Virus record (IMG/VR): IMGVR_UViG_3300027917_000021
Location: 1-64,000 of that record
Length of the DNA: 64,000 nucleotides
Strand: one strand, 5' to 3'
DNA from: a virus
The stretch's first letter is position 1, and every line of letters starts with the position of its first letter. The position numbers and the translations under genes are program-made. This document shows positions 48,361-59,563 of this stretch, piece after piece. The notes below the pieces were generated by a model. The model was not told the DNA's origin. It did not search any database and was given only the letters and a program-made list of their open reading frames with translations.

Positions 48361-49328
48361 ATGGATGGCTGTTTACCCTGTATTTGTGGTAGTATTAGAT
48401 TAATTCCTAATGTTTATATAGGTAATCCCACGTGTATATCCGTATACTGTATTGATTGTGAACGAGAGGGTGGCCGTGGTGAAGATGATAAAAAGGCTAT
48501 TTTAGCATGGAATTCTATGATTGTAGAGCTTATCAAGCCAAAAATCACGCCATAATGGCGGAATAGCTGCTTTTTTGCCCGTGTAAATGGTTCGCCGAAG
48601 AAACGTTACTTTTTGGGAGTGTGATAACTTTATGATTATTTGTATTGATGTAAGTGTTGATGAAAATGGAACTGAAAAAGAAACATTGGAAGAGATTAGA
48701 AAAAAGATTAAAGATGCATTGAAAGATTGTAAAAGTGCAAAACTTATAAAACGGTTTGGTAATGTAGGAATAACTTTTTGGGAAATGTATTATTGATATT
48801 TTTATTTTGCGCGATGGTATAGTGGTAACATCGAAAACGCGTTTATGCAACTTTTTTACCCGCGTACAGAGCTAACCCTACTTTTTTTATTTTGCATATG
48901 TAAGACAATGGGACAGAACATACGACAAAGTGACATATCAAACCTTAATATTGTTGAGGTTAACGATAAAAAATATCATGTCAAACGTGTCATTCCTTCT
49001 GACAACATGACAGACGACAAGATCAATGCAATCAAGGAACTATGGGCATGCGACACAGTGTTGAAAAAGCAGGGAAATCACTACTTTTGTGTCGAAATAT
49101 CCGACACTACATGGGAGGATGTGTATGAAAATGTGCCACAAGTGCGGGAAAATGTATAAAAATACGTGGGTTGCACCCAGTTTTTTGTTTAAGGTAGTAG
49201 ACCTAGATGAAAAATCAACACCAGGAACCCTATGTGTGTTGTGTTTCGAACGTGCTTGTGCTGAATTAGGCATTGATGTGTATGTTAGTGTTAGTATTCA
49301 TCCCTCATACAACCATAATGGGGATTAA
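48361..49328 (+). other. Small hypothetical genes, including a Lar-like Zn finger (48361..48555)
   Basis: PCxCG...CxxC...AILAWN; other short ORFs. Confidence 0.55.
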
Positions 49329-49358
49329 TATTTATTCCTCATACAACCATAATAGGGG

Positions 49359-49506
49359 TTGACATTTATATAAAAATTGTGTAAGTTAGACTAGATCTTT
49401 TAAAAAAATTGCATAGAATCTCATCTATGTGCAACCTATCTAGAGCTTCCTTATCTTTAGATAGTATCGTTCAGTCAAGGGGCTACGCATGTGGCCCCTT
49501 TTTTTA
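49359..49506 (+). ncRNA. Candidate promoter-terminator-bounded small RNA (~115 nt)
   Basis: TTGACA-17-TAAGTT, two hairpins, then GGGGCTAC/GTGGCCCC plus T run; no + strand ORF. Confidence 0.55.
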
Positions 49507-49695
49507 AGCTAAAAAAAGAAAGGCTATGTATTGATCTTATACCATAGCCTATCTGTCCAGACATCCCGGGCCAGTTTCTAAGCGTGGCGTATGGGATTCG
49601 CACGATTGATAGAACTTTCATAGCTCCTATTTCAATATAGGCAGCTTTAAAGCTTTCTACAATATTCTTATACCAAAAATATACAAAAAAGACGG

Positions 49696-49911
49696 TTATA
49701 TACCTGGCCCTGTATCTTCTATTATTTGTACCTCATATCGTACTATAGTTTGGGTAAATATCTGTGTGCCCTCATCTATTGCCAGGGCAGCAGGCCCATA
49801 AAGTTCCCAACCATGTGATATACGCCATTTAACCAGGTTTTTTAGCTCTGTGATATCAAGAGCTGTTATAATGTCATAATCAACAATTTTACACATTTTT
49901 AATCCTTTCAA
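49696..49911 (-). CDS. DUF1737-like small protein
   Basis: LxxxVxxxIxxGWELYG...QTIV. Confidence 0.6.
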   Translation of the reverse strand: MKGLKMCKIVDYDIITALDITELKNLVKWRISHGWELYGPAALAIDEGTQIFTQTIVRYEVQIIEDTGPGI

Positions 49912-50098
49912 AAACCGAAGGGGGTCAAGTATATAGCAACGCTTTTTGTAACACTACTTAAAACACAAAACGGGTCTCTAGCTAGGGTAATATCTACATT
50001 CCTATATATAAATAGTACTATTTGGGTGAAAAAAAGGCCGGATATTATATATATTCTGGAAATTTTTACTGACCTTTTAAGAAAATCTCAAGTAATAC

Positions 50099-50326
50099 TT
50101 AATATTTTAAGTTATAAAAAACTTTCTGCCTTATTTTAAAACCAATCTTTTTTCTCTTTTTTGTTGCCATATTAGTAGAGATACCTAACTTCTCTCCTAT
50201 TTCTTTGTCAGTCAAATTTTCCACAGTTCGTAATTTAAAAATAAATTTTTCCTGTTGAGTAAGATAATCAGGAATTTTACCTTTTGTAAATTTTTCAGAC
50301 CCATCGAAAATTTCCTTATGTTTCAT
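50099..50326 (-). CDS. Sigma70 region-4/LuxR-like HTH protein
   Basis: LTxQEK..F.L..ENLTDKEIGEKLGIS. Confidence 0.75.
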   Translation of the reverse strand: MKHKEIFDGSEKFTKGKIPDYLTQQEKFIFKLRTVENLTDKEIGEKLGISTNMATKKRKKIGFKIRQKVFYNLKY

Positions 50327-50448
50327 AATAATTCCCCTTTAAAAATCTACACACAGTTAGTTATCATTTAATTTAAATTTATTATATATTATATATTATA
50401 TTATATTTAAAAGGCTCCCAAACAATTATTCAGGAGCCACAAAACCAA

Positions 50449-50700
50449 TTAATTAAGAATTACTTCGTCTTCTGCAGCCTCCAGACCATCGTCCATCATA
50501 TCATTGGCCTCATCAATCATACCGGTAATATCGCCTTCGGGATATAGAAAATCATCAGAATTAACTTCCTTTTTGCATGAAGGGCATTTGTAAATGATAG
50601 CATCATCATCCCGACGAACGAAATCATCAGAGCGATCAATTTCATTTTTGCAATGCGGACACATTGCGCGGATATATCCGCTATAACCTAAATTACCCAT
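50449..50700 (-). CDS. Zn-ribbon protein
   Basis: CPHC...CPSC; GGAGG RBS. Confidence 0.7.
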   Translation of the reverse strand: MGNLGYSGYIRAMCPHCKNEIDRSDDFVRRDDDAIIYKCPSCKKEVNSDDFLYPEGDITGMIDEANDMMDDGLEAAEDEVILN

Positions 50701-50941
50701 GATACCTCCTTAGTTTTTTAGACAACAAACCAATTATAGTACTAAATACAAACATACTTATCAAAACAGTACCAACATCATTGAGCGTCAAGTTGGTAGT
50801 TACAAAAAATAAAGCAATACCCACAATAGCAAACAGAATTACAAACATTCCACCAATACTTTCTTTTCTTGAACTCATCATACTCTCCTTTATTTAGATG
50901 TTTATACTATCATTCTTATTCCATTTTGTTTATATTAAACC

Positions 50942-51298
50942 ATGAAAAATTTTATATATCCTTTAGAACAGATCCCATATTTACGGGAAAAATTTAAAAA
51001 GTGGCGAAAAATCTACGATTATGCATTTGAATTTCACTTCTGGAAAGAAGTATGGAATACACTTGGCCATGTAATATTTGCCGCGTTATTTGCACACGTG
51101 TGTACGCCTTACCTATCGGTAGGATGGATCACAGGAATACTCTTATTTATTGGTACGGCCCGTGAGGTCTGGCAGAACATACGAGGAAAATACCAACCAT
51201 GGTTAATGTCAACAGTAGATTCTTTATCATTTGGAATAGGCGGATATCTATGGTGGTTGATTATAACTGCTTATAATATTAATGTAGATTTTTTATGA
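50942..51298 (+). CDS. Membrane protein
   Basis: H...E.WQ...D pattern with TM segments. Confidence 0.7.
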   Translation: MKNFIYPLEQIPYLREKFKKWRKIYDYAFEFHFWKEVWNTLGHVIFAALFAHVCTPYLSVGWITGILLFIGTAREVWQNIRGKYQPWLMSTVDSLSFGIGGYLWWLIITAYNINVDFL

Positions 51299-51353
51299 AA
51301 TTAATATTATTCCTTTTGAAGTAAAAAAGGGGGACGTACGTCCCCTATAAACC

Positions 51354-52226
51354 TTACTTATGCGGGAGCCCTGCAACACACCCATTGAGAACATAAGCAA
51401 GCTTTATTATCCGCATTGCGATGTTCTCGGAAACTTTAGTAGCTCCGTCGTAAAGGTATTGAGAAGAAATTCTCAATTTTGGAACTTTGTGTGAAAATCG
51501 AAAGAGCGCCCAAGGAGTGACAACTTCTCCACCGTTAGTACGCTGGTGATGAAATATGTGCTGCAGTACCGGGGATACATCATAATAGGTTCTTTCATTT
51601 TCGTATTGCCCGCCTCTTCCGGTTTTGATTTTGTAATATTTGGCATTTAAAATAACCAAATTTTCCAGTTCTTTCACACGGACGTGACCGGCTTCACCGA
51701 AAGGAGCAAAAGATAATTTCTTTCGCATAATTTCTTCATAGCGTCCTCCCTCTGTGCCTGCCGGCTGGCATTCTTCTTCAATTATCTCTGCTTCCTGTAC
51801 TTCCGGTGCTTCCTGTTCATGTTCCAGCATTTCAACTCTTCTGATGACATTTCTCCAAATTTTAAAAACCCGGCCATACCAATCATCCTGAGAAATAATT
51901 CCTCGGGCAAGTTGCTGCTCAAGATTATGTACTTCTGCCTGCGCCGATCCAATTTCCATTTTCATTTCGCGGGAATATTTTCTTGGAGGCTGTGCTTCAT
52001 AACCAGTTCCGGAAAATATTTGATGTAGGATCATAACATCCTCTGCAGTCAATATTTTTGCTGCTTGCGGAGCCGCAGCATCGTCAAAACCTTTAATAAA
52101 AGCTTCGACGATATTTCCGTGGAGATGCTTGTGGTAATGTGCGTAGAAATGCATCATGAGCCCGGCCTTAAATCCAAAAGTTTCATGTAGTTCATTCATT
52201 GAATCACGCAATTTTTGTAAGTCCAT
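51354..52226 (-). CDS. Hypothetical protein
   Basis: 290-aa ORF with RBS, upstream motif and downstream hairpin. Confidence 0.8.
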   Translation of the reverse strand: MDLQKLRDSMNELHETFGFKAGLMMHFYAHYHKHLHGNIVEAFIKGFDDAAAPQAAKILTAEDVMILHQIFSGTGYEAQPPRKYSREMKMEIGSAQAEVHNLEQQLARGIISQDDWYGRVFKIWRNVIRRVEMLEHEQEAPEVQEAEIIEEECQPAGTEGGRYEEIMRKKLSFAPFGEAGHVRVKELENLVILNAKYYKIKTGRGGQYENERTYYDVSPVLQHIFHHQRTNGGEVVTPWALFRFSHKVPKLRISSQYLYDGATKVSENIAMRIIKLAYVLNGCVAGLPHK

Positions 52227-52283
52227 AATACTCTCCTAAAAGTTAGATGGTTATACAACTCTCTTATGCCAAATTAAAGGTAA

Positions 52284-52324
52284 AAAATAAAGGGCAGCTG
52301 ACAATCAATTGCCCTTTATTTTTT
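52284..52324. terminator. Intrinsic terminator
   Basis: AAAAAATAAAGGGCA...TGCCCTTTATTTTTT. Confidence 0.75.
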
Positions 52325-52332
52325 AAAGATAA

Positions 52333-53952
52333 TTATGGTTCGGGAACCCAAGTTCCTTCATTTTCGTAGTATTCCCAGTTACCACCATAATCTTGAGCGC
52401 CAATAAAGATTTCCAAACCATCGCGTTGCTGGAATTCATACCATGCACCACTATTCATATAGAACTGTTTATTATAATAAGTGGTAGAGGATGAATTTCC
52501 CTGTCCATTTTCATAATAGATACTGGCAAGAGTAATTTCTTCATCGTCTTCATAATAGAATAAACCATATCTGTAGCAGTACAATTCGGAATACGATACC
52601 CAATAGCAATGGATTTTTCGATACGAATCGTAATGCGGTGCCGGAGTTGTAAATCCGCCAAAATCCGCAGGCAACGAAATGTCTGATCCACCATAATAAA
52701 ATCGTAGATCATCCAAATATGCACTGTTTGGTGTTTGTCCGATTTGCTGGACACAGAAACGAACATACTTAGGATCATCATATAATATGCTAATGTCAAC
52801 TGTGTTAAGTTTGAATGATGTTGCTCCATTGGATTCCAATTGAGCACCGTAGGAAATAATAAAGTCGTCGTTTTCATCAAACAGTGCTAGATGTAGCATT
52901 AATGTCACGCCGGTCAATGTTCCAGCACACTGAATTGTTGCCGTATAGTCGCCTTCAATACAGGAGTCAGGCAACAGAAAATAGCCACTTGAAGTAACAC
53001 GATTAGAATTACGGGCAAATTTTAGTTGCATAGAATAGGTGCCTAATGTTTTATAACTTGAATTTGCCAATTCGTTCTGTGTAGTGTAATAATTGGAGGT
53101 TGGTGGATCAAAAAAGTCAGGTAAATTCCAACCACCGTCTGGTGAAATATTCCAAGCATAAGGAACACCGGAATTCCAGGTTTCAAAACTTGGATTCAGA
53201 TCGGGATAGTAAAATGCACCAGGAACATCCATTAATTTGTCTTTATTAGTATTTGGTTTGCTCAATCCATAAACCAATAAATTGTTTCCATATCCGGGTG
53301 CTGTGTGGCCGGTATTGTCTTCATCCATACCAGAATCATAAAGAGATGATATTGTCGAATTTGTTGCATACGTTACCAGGAATGCTCGGCATTCGACATA
53401 GTCTGCGCCGTAGTCATCAAAATAATAAGTATTAGCATCCCAAGCATAAGGCGATGGAGAATAATACCATACCATATTTCCCCATACGGAGTTAGCCATG
53501 TCAAAATCTTCATAATCACTAGAACTGTACGAAGTAACATTCCAGAAATAAGTAGCATTCGACACTGCCTGTATGCCAGTAACACTTCTTGGTTTGCCTA
53601 AAGCATCAGAGAACTGAGCAATTCGCAGGGCTTCCAACCCTTCTTTTGTATGTGTTCGATAAAATTCTTTCCGCTCAGATTCTTTGGCTTCTTCTTTTGC
53701 GAGAGTTTCAGCATCCCATTTCGACCGATGTATTCCGCTAATAAACTGACGCTTATAGTCGAGTGGATTCTCTGGATACTTGAAATTCTTAAAATAATCT
53801 TCCAAATCTCCAATTTCAACTTTCGACAATTTCTGTCCTGGAAATGAAAAATCAGTACTCTGTGCTTCAACACTCACTGGAGGCTCTTGTTCGCACTGAA
53901 TAAACACAAAGGGCAACAGAAAAATAACCAGAAATGCAAAAAAGATTTTCAT
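52333..53952 (-). CDS. Putative lipoprotein with a carbohydrate-binding-like beta domain
   Basis: Signal peptide ending FIQC; NPSFE...YLDDLRF pattern; Tyr-rich. Confidence 0.7.
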   Translation of the reverse strand: MKIFFAFLVIFLLPFVFIQCEQEPPVSVEAQSTDFSFPGQKLSKVEIGDLEDYFKNFKYPENPLDYKRQFISGIHRSKWDAETLAKEEAKESERKEFYRTHTKEGLEALRIAQFSDALGKPRSVTGIQAVSNATYFWNVTSYSSSDYEDFDMANSVWGNMVWYYSPSPYAWDANTYYFDDYGADYVECRAFLVTYATNSTISSLYDSGMDEDNTGHTAPGYGNNLLVYGLSKPNTNKDKLMDVPGAFYYPDLNPSFETWNSGVPYAWNISPDGGWNLPDFFDPPTSNYYTTQNELANSSYKTLGTYSMQLKFARNSNRVTSSGYFLLPDSCIEGDYTATIQCAGTLTGVTLMLHLALFDENDDFIISYGAQLESNGATSFKLNTVDISILYDDPKYVRFCVQQIGQTPNSAYLDDLRFYYGGSDISLPADFGGFTTPAPHYDSYRKIHCYWVSYSELYCYRYGLFYYEDDEEITLASIYYENGQGNSSSTTYYNKQFYMNSGAWYEFQQRDGLEIFIGAQDYGGNWEYYENEGTWVPEP

Positions 53953-54474
53953 AATAATTCCTTTCAGTTAAACGATTATACATATTTCTTATGCCATTTA
54001 TTAATAAAAAACTACGTACGCAATCCTTTTTCAAGAAAATTTAAAACCTATTTGTTTTTTTAAGGTTTGATGAATCAAATTTGTTTTTTAAGGTTTGATA
54101 AATCAATTAAAAAAATAGTAGTTTAACAATATCAATTACTACATTTAGAGTTACAATCAGGGCTATTAAAAACCAGGCGCCCCGGGCTTCGCCATAGCCA
54201 AACACACCATCCTTATTATAAGGAATACCGATACGTACCCGTTTTAGATGTTTATTACAATCGATTACCATAAGCCAGGAAAAGAAGCTGGCAACAATGC
54301 CAAGAATTATCCAGAAAATAAGCATTTATTATTCCTCCTATATATCTGGGCGAACTTATCGCCCGACTGGTCGAATTATACATTCTACCCTATTGTTTTT
54401 ATTTAGTTTACAGGTTTGGCACGATATGTGCTCATACAACCATCAAACAACCTTAGTGGGAAAGGAAACAAACA

Positions 54475-54837
54475 ATGAAGAATTTATTATTAGTAACAAC
54501 CTTATTTTTGTTTTTTGCAGGTATAACTCTGGCACAGGACACAACTAAAGCCCAGGTACAAGAGAAAAAACAAACACAAACGCAAACACAAACACAAACG
54601 CAAACACAAAATAGATTCATAGACCTCGACGGCGATGGAATCAATGATGCAGTTATGGAACAGTGGCGTAAAATGATTCGCACTCAAGATGGACAGGGTG
54701 AAATGAATCAGGAACAAAATCGCGAACAAAACCGCATCCATACCGGCGAACCTCTAGGCCCCAAGGGCAATTCAGAAAAAGGTTCAACAAACGACCCAAC
54801 AAAAAGCAAATCCAAGGGCGACAAAGGTAAAAAATAA
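54475..54837 (+). CDS. Secreted Gln/Thr-repeat protein with a DxDGDG Ca-binding motif
   Basis: Signal peptide, (QT)n, FIDLDGDGIND. Confidence 0.8.
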   Translation: MKNLLLVTTLFLFFAGITLAQDTTKAQVQEKKQTQTQTQTQTQTQNRFIDLDGDGINDAVMEQWRKMIRTQDGQGEMNQEQNREQNRIHTGEPLGPKGNSEKGSTNDPTKSKSKGDKGKK

Positions 54838-54890
54838 TTAAGGCTTACTCTGTTACAAATATAAAGAGGGGACGTGTGTCCCCTTTTTTA

Positions 54891-56288
54891 TTATTTCTTT
54901 TGAATACCGATTATGTCGTACACCACATAGGTTTCCATTGGTTGTGGATCCCCTCCGTAGTAATCTCTCAGGCGCTTGAATTCCTCCAATTCCGGAGTTT
55001 TCACTCCATAATTAATTTTTACCGGCCGGCCTTTTGGATAGCGTTGCATTGTAAAGCCTTTTGGAAAATCCTCCGGATAAACATAGATTTTGTGCTTTGA
55101 ATTGTCATCAGAAGTGAAAACAAATTGATGGCTTCCGGCTGGTACTAACATACCGCTTTCGGTAAATTCGGCAATAAAATCGATTGGCGGACAATGGTTG
55201 CTTATGGTCTCCGTCGCCAGCGACCATATTACCACGAGGAAATCACCGAACTTTTTTAGTATCCAGCAAATGCCACTAGCAACCCATTGTAGACCTTCAA
55301 ATATCCAGAGAATTATATGGGCAATCCATTTCAAAGGTTGTCCGGGAAATATAACCAAAACTTTCCAGATGCCACTAAAAAGGTTCCATACGTATACATC
55401 CAGTGGGCTTTCTTTTTCCTTTTTTCTTCCTTTTTTGGCCAGAAATTCCAGACGCAGCCGTTCAAGTTCACGCTTCGCGGCCGCCTTTTCAGCTTCTCGC
55501 ATCTTTTTCTGTTTTTGGCGCTCGAAAAGAACATCTTTAAATTTTTCCCGTCTTTTTTCCTGCCAATCGCGTACTTTGCATGATTGTGTAATTGTCCAGC
55601 GGGTCAAACGACAGCGGAAAAACCAGACGCCGATTTTATATAGAATGATCATAACCAAACCAAAAGCCACGATACATCCAAGTCCCAGGCCAATCGCAAA
55701 TAGAATGCTTAACCATGGCAAATCGATAAAGGCCCATATCAAATCACCTAAAGTGAATATTAGCCAACCGATGCCGTACAATACCAAAGGAATACCATCC
55801 AGTACGAGCCATACCAGGCCTGCCCATACCCCGGTTAATATCCACCATGGAATCGAATAGATCCAGAAAATGCCAAATCCGATCCAGGCCAGAAGATTTG
55901 AATAGAGAAACAAAGATACAATTCCAGAAACAACCATAAGAATTCCTGCGAAAACCCATGATGCCATTAATTTACTCTTCTCTATGAGGTCAAAGATGTC
56001 ATCAATAGCCTCCGGCCAAATCCAGGATAATGGTTTCAATACTAATATTTCCACCAGTTTTAATACCAGGAATGGTATTAAAGTGACCAATAATAGCAAA
56101 CTGCCCCAGAACATGAACTGGTAGAAAGGACACTTGTTGGTGGCTTCTTTTTTATTGAAACCATACCACATGCGGAGCCACTGATAATACCGATATCGGG
56201 CATCACTGGTACCCATTATGATATTATCTTCATGGCCCAGATATCGATCAGCAAACTCCGCACCAACGCGAGCTGCTTTATTTCTCAT
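54891..56288 (-). CDS. Multi-pass membrane protein
   Basis: Many Trp-rich hydrophobic segments; GGAGG RBS before MRNKAA. Confidence 0.8.
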   Translation of the reverse strand: MRNKAARVGAEFADRYLGHEDNIIMGTSDARYRYYQWLRMWYGFNKKEATNKCPFYQFMFWGSLLLLVTLIPFLVLKLVEILVLKPLSWIWPEAIDDIFDLIEKSKLMASWVFAGILMVVSGIVSLFLYSNLLAWIGFGIFWIYSIPWWILTGVWAGLVWLVLDGIPLVLYGIGWLIFTLGDLIWAFIDLPWLSILFAIGLGLGCIVAFGLVMIILYKIGVWFFRCRLTRWTITQSCKVRDWQEKRREKFKDVLFERQKQKKMREAEKAAAKRELERLRLEFLAKKGRKKEKESPLDVYVWNLFSGIWKVLVIFPGQPLKWIAHIILWIFEGLQWVASGICWILKKFGDFLVVIWSLATETISNHCPPIDFIAEFTESGMLVPAGSHQFVFTSDDNSKHKIYVYPEDFPKGFTMQRYPKGRPVKINYGVKTPELEEFKRLRDYYGGDPQPMETYVVYDIIGIQKK

Positions 56289-57999
56289 CAGTATCCTCCT
56301 CCTGCATGTCTTCAATTTGTTCTTTCAAAGCGGAATTCTGCTCTCTTAATTCCGAGATCTTTGTTTCCAGGCTGTCATTTGCCGCTTCCACCGCTTTGAC
56401 ATGTTCCGGCTCGTTAAGAAGATAAGAATCGTTAATTGCGTTATGTGCCCAGTACGCCAGAAGAAAAATCAGCACAAATGCTGCCAATACAAAAAAAGAA
56501 CGTGTTCTGTCGTTCATGTTAAATACTCCTGTAATTAATTAAAGGTTTGGTTGATTAAAAAATAAACATCTATTCTAATTTCTTATGCCAAATTTGAGAT
56601 AAAAAAGCCATCAAAAGTTGATGGCTATAAGATAATAAATACATAAACAGGTAATGGCAGCTGATACCAGGAATGGTATCAAAACTTCCCATCGAACGCG
56701 ATTTTTAAACATAAGACCTCCCAGGTTAATCCGGATAAAAGTCCTGTGCCGATCCCGGCCCGCCAACTTTACGTGTATCAAAATAATAGCCAATTAATCG
56801 AGGGTGAGTATCTTTGTAATATTCCCATTTTATGTCATGCAGTGTCTGGGTCTTATTAAGATGTCGCTTCAAATGATCATTACAGCAAAATGGACCACCC
56901 ACGTAGTTTATGGTTTTCTGTGTAATAAATTTTCCACAAAATAAACAATATTGAGCATCAGGAATAGTTGTCATAACACTCTCCTTAAATTAGATTGCTA
57001 TACTATTCTTATACCTTATTTTTTATTCTTCCCGCTCTTCCAAAAATACTATTTCCACAAACTCTCCGCTGTCATCACTGCTCCAGTTAATAATTTTTGC
57101 ATTTGTTGGAACATGGTTTATTATGTTTCTTGCATCACCGGCCAGCGTGTTTATTCGAAAACGTACTGTATGTGTAATTTCAACAATTTTGGATTTAACT
57201 TCTTTTTCATAACTTGCAAAATCTTTTCTACCCATTTTTATTTGCCCTTTTTCTGGCCTCTTCACAGTTGTGATGCCACTTGTTTATGTGACTGATAAAT
57301 TCAAATCCGGCCTTATTCTTTACCCTGGGACAACCACAGTTAGGATATGGTGTAGTGTAACCACGCAATCCGCATTCCGGACACGTTTCTTTACTATCGG
57401 ATGGTAATTGATCAAACTCTTCTTTTGTCATTTTATTTATATCCTTTCTATATAAAAAAATAGAGGGCTACGTACGTAACCCCCTATAGTTATGGCCCAC
57501 TTCGGGGCGCGCCCTACCGGTTCAGGCAACCATTCAGCTACACATATGTGAACGTCAGTTACACATATGTGAATGCAACGGGCGGGTAGTTTATTTGGCC
57601 TGATTTAAAGTTGCCATGTCAGGTGCCGTTAATAATCTTTGAGGGTTGTAGATTGGATGAACTACCGAATTTTGGCATTCACCTGGCGCGGGGCGGGCTT
57701 TAAGGTGGGAACCGGAGCCCGTCGTGACATGGCATCCACAGGTGCAGTTGGTCGCACGTCCACTGGATAACTGAGCTTCACAATTACAAATTATTACAAA
57801 TTTTTTCAAGATCCATTGACCCCCTTGATAAATGTAATTCAGCTAAGAAATATTCCCAATTTATTTTATGTTCATTTGGGTCAAAGAATACAACGTGAAA
57901 ATTATGATATTTGTCATTCTCGAACAGATCATGGTCTGCAACAAGTACGTGGAAATTTTTTAGTTCTACTTTCATATGAATAAAAAAGAGACCGACCAA
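56278..57999 (-). other. Small hypothetical genes
   Basis: ORFs 56278..56517, 56726..56974, 57023..57265, 57228..57431, 57784..57999. Confidence 0.6.
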
Positions 58000-58042
58000 A
58001 TTGGGTGCGGTCTCTTAAAACAAATTAAGGAGAGTGAATATT

Positions 58043-58256
58043 ATCCCCAGATCGAGCATTCCCTCCACCACATGCTCGAGCAGGCGGCTTACTTGATAAT
58101 GGGACTAGGTAGCTAACCTCCAGCGGATCTGCTTTGTCCGCAGCCCGACCGGCACCCTGACACAACCGGAGGACTGGGGCCGGAGTTATGATCGCGCCTC
58201 CCTTTTAAATGTATAAATTAGCGAAATTCATACATCGATCGTTACTGGCTGGGGAT
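58043..58256 (-). ncRNA. GC-rich structured RNA candidate
   Basis: Closing stem ATCCCCAG/CTGGGGAT, hairpins TCGAGCAT/ATGCTCGA, GCGGA/TCCGC, CCGG/CCGG; downstream of a GGCATAAGAA motif. Confidence 0.5.
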
Positions 58257-58311
58257 TCCAGTATATTACGACGCCCTCAAAGATGCTGTTAAAAGCTCGC
58301 ATCCATAATTC

Positions 58312-58449
58312 TTATGCCGGTTTTTTAACATCTTTTTGAGGCTTTCGCCCACCAGCGACAATCCTTTTAATGGGCTTGTCACAATTACCGAGTCCACGCC
58401 CGGCACGCGGCCCTTTACCTTCAGGACCTGTTCCATCTTTTCGTGGCAT
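58312..58449 (-). CDS. DUF5320-like small protein (45 aa, absent from ORF track)
   Basis: MPRKDGTGPEGKGPRAGRGLGNC; GGAGG RBS. Confidence 0.8.
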   Translation of the reverse strand: MPRKDGTGPEGKGPRAGRGLGNCDKPIKRIVAGGRKPQKDVKKPA

Positions 58450-58489
58450 AATAACCTCCTATTATTTTTACCACTATTCTTATGCCATT

Positions 58490-59473
58490 TTAGAATTCAT
58501 ACATGGTAGCAAGTACAACCACATCAGCGTAAAATCCCAACTGATTAATTATTGAACGTGCGGTACATGCAAACTTTGATATTGAATCATCCATCAAAAC
58601 AACCAGTGCCTTCTTTCCGGTTTGTTCGTAATGTTGTTTACATTTTAATATTAATTCATCTGGAACCTTGTGGATATAGAGAAGATCTAATCCCGGCACC
58701 CTTCTTATTTTTCCAAATTTATGGGCATACGCACCATAATGAGTTTCATCTTCATCGTGCCACTGCTTTTTGTATTCCTTTATATAGTATCTTAACCATT
58801 CTGCTGCAGTGTCCTTGTATTCAAAAGTAGTGATGAGGTCTTCCGTTACAATGCATAAATGTTTCCAGTAGTTAACGGAATGTCTTTTTGTGGTATGATA
58901 AATGTGATCACCAGACACAGAAAAAGAATTTTCCAGATATTTGGCGCATTCCTTATTGAAATCTCCACTTAGACAATCAGCAAACAGAAAAAAGTTTGCA
59001 TTTTCACTGAAATATTTTAACAGGGCACGATTAAATTCCATGTACAATTGTATAGATGCCGGATCCGTATCAATTTTAAAACCATTAACACCTACAGGAA
59101 ATAATCGGCTGATTATATCCTTTTCTAGTGCTGTTAGACATTTCTTGTCAATGTTATACTTATAATAATAAAAACTCGCAAATGGAGATAACACTAGACC
59201 AGTATATCCCAGAGTGGATTCAATGCTGCGAAAATAATAGGTGCATTTTTTTCCGTAGTGTTTTTTTAATTTTAAAAAATGATTTTCCGCCAAATGCATT
59301 TGGCTTACTGTTGTCTTTAATTCGTCAGAATATAAATTAGAGCCTTCGCTTTGAATTCCGGTTTGTAGGTCACGATTAGCCCACATTAGGGCATCTTGCA
59401 TTAACTCCTTTGTTAGTAATAAGTATGGCAAATGCCATTTTTTGAAGTTTTCCAACTGCTCGCTAAGTTGCAT
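58490..59473 (-). CDS. Hypothetical protein
   Basis: 327-aa ORF behind the recurrent motif. Confidence 0.75.
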   Translation of the reverse strand: MQLSEQLENFKKWHLPYLLLTKELMQDALMWANRDLQTGIQSEGSNLYSDELKTTVSQMHLAENHFLKLKKHYGKKCTYYFRSIESTLGYTGLVLSPFASFYYYKYNIDKKCLTALEKDIISRLFPVGVNGFKIDTDPASIQLYMEFNRALLKYFSENANFFLFADCLSGDFNKECAKYLENSFSVSGDHIYHTTKRHSVNYWKHLCIVTEDLITTFEYKDTAAEWLRYYIKEYKKQWHDEDETHYGAYAHKFGKIRRVPGLDLLYIHKVPDELILKCKQHYEQTGKKALVVLMDDSISKFACTARSIINQLGFYADVVVLATMYEF

Positions 59474-59563
59474 ATTGGTTTCCTTAAAAAGTAGAATTTT
59501 AGTTAGTTACTTTTCTTATCCCATAAAATTTGCATTTTCTAATTTTATGCCGTAAATTAAATC

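Noticed and set aside
54453-54741. Cys-Val or Cys-Leu repeat proteins on the minus strand
   Set aside because: Shadow frames of the (QT)n repeat in the + strand secreted protein.
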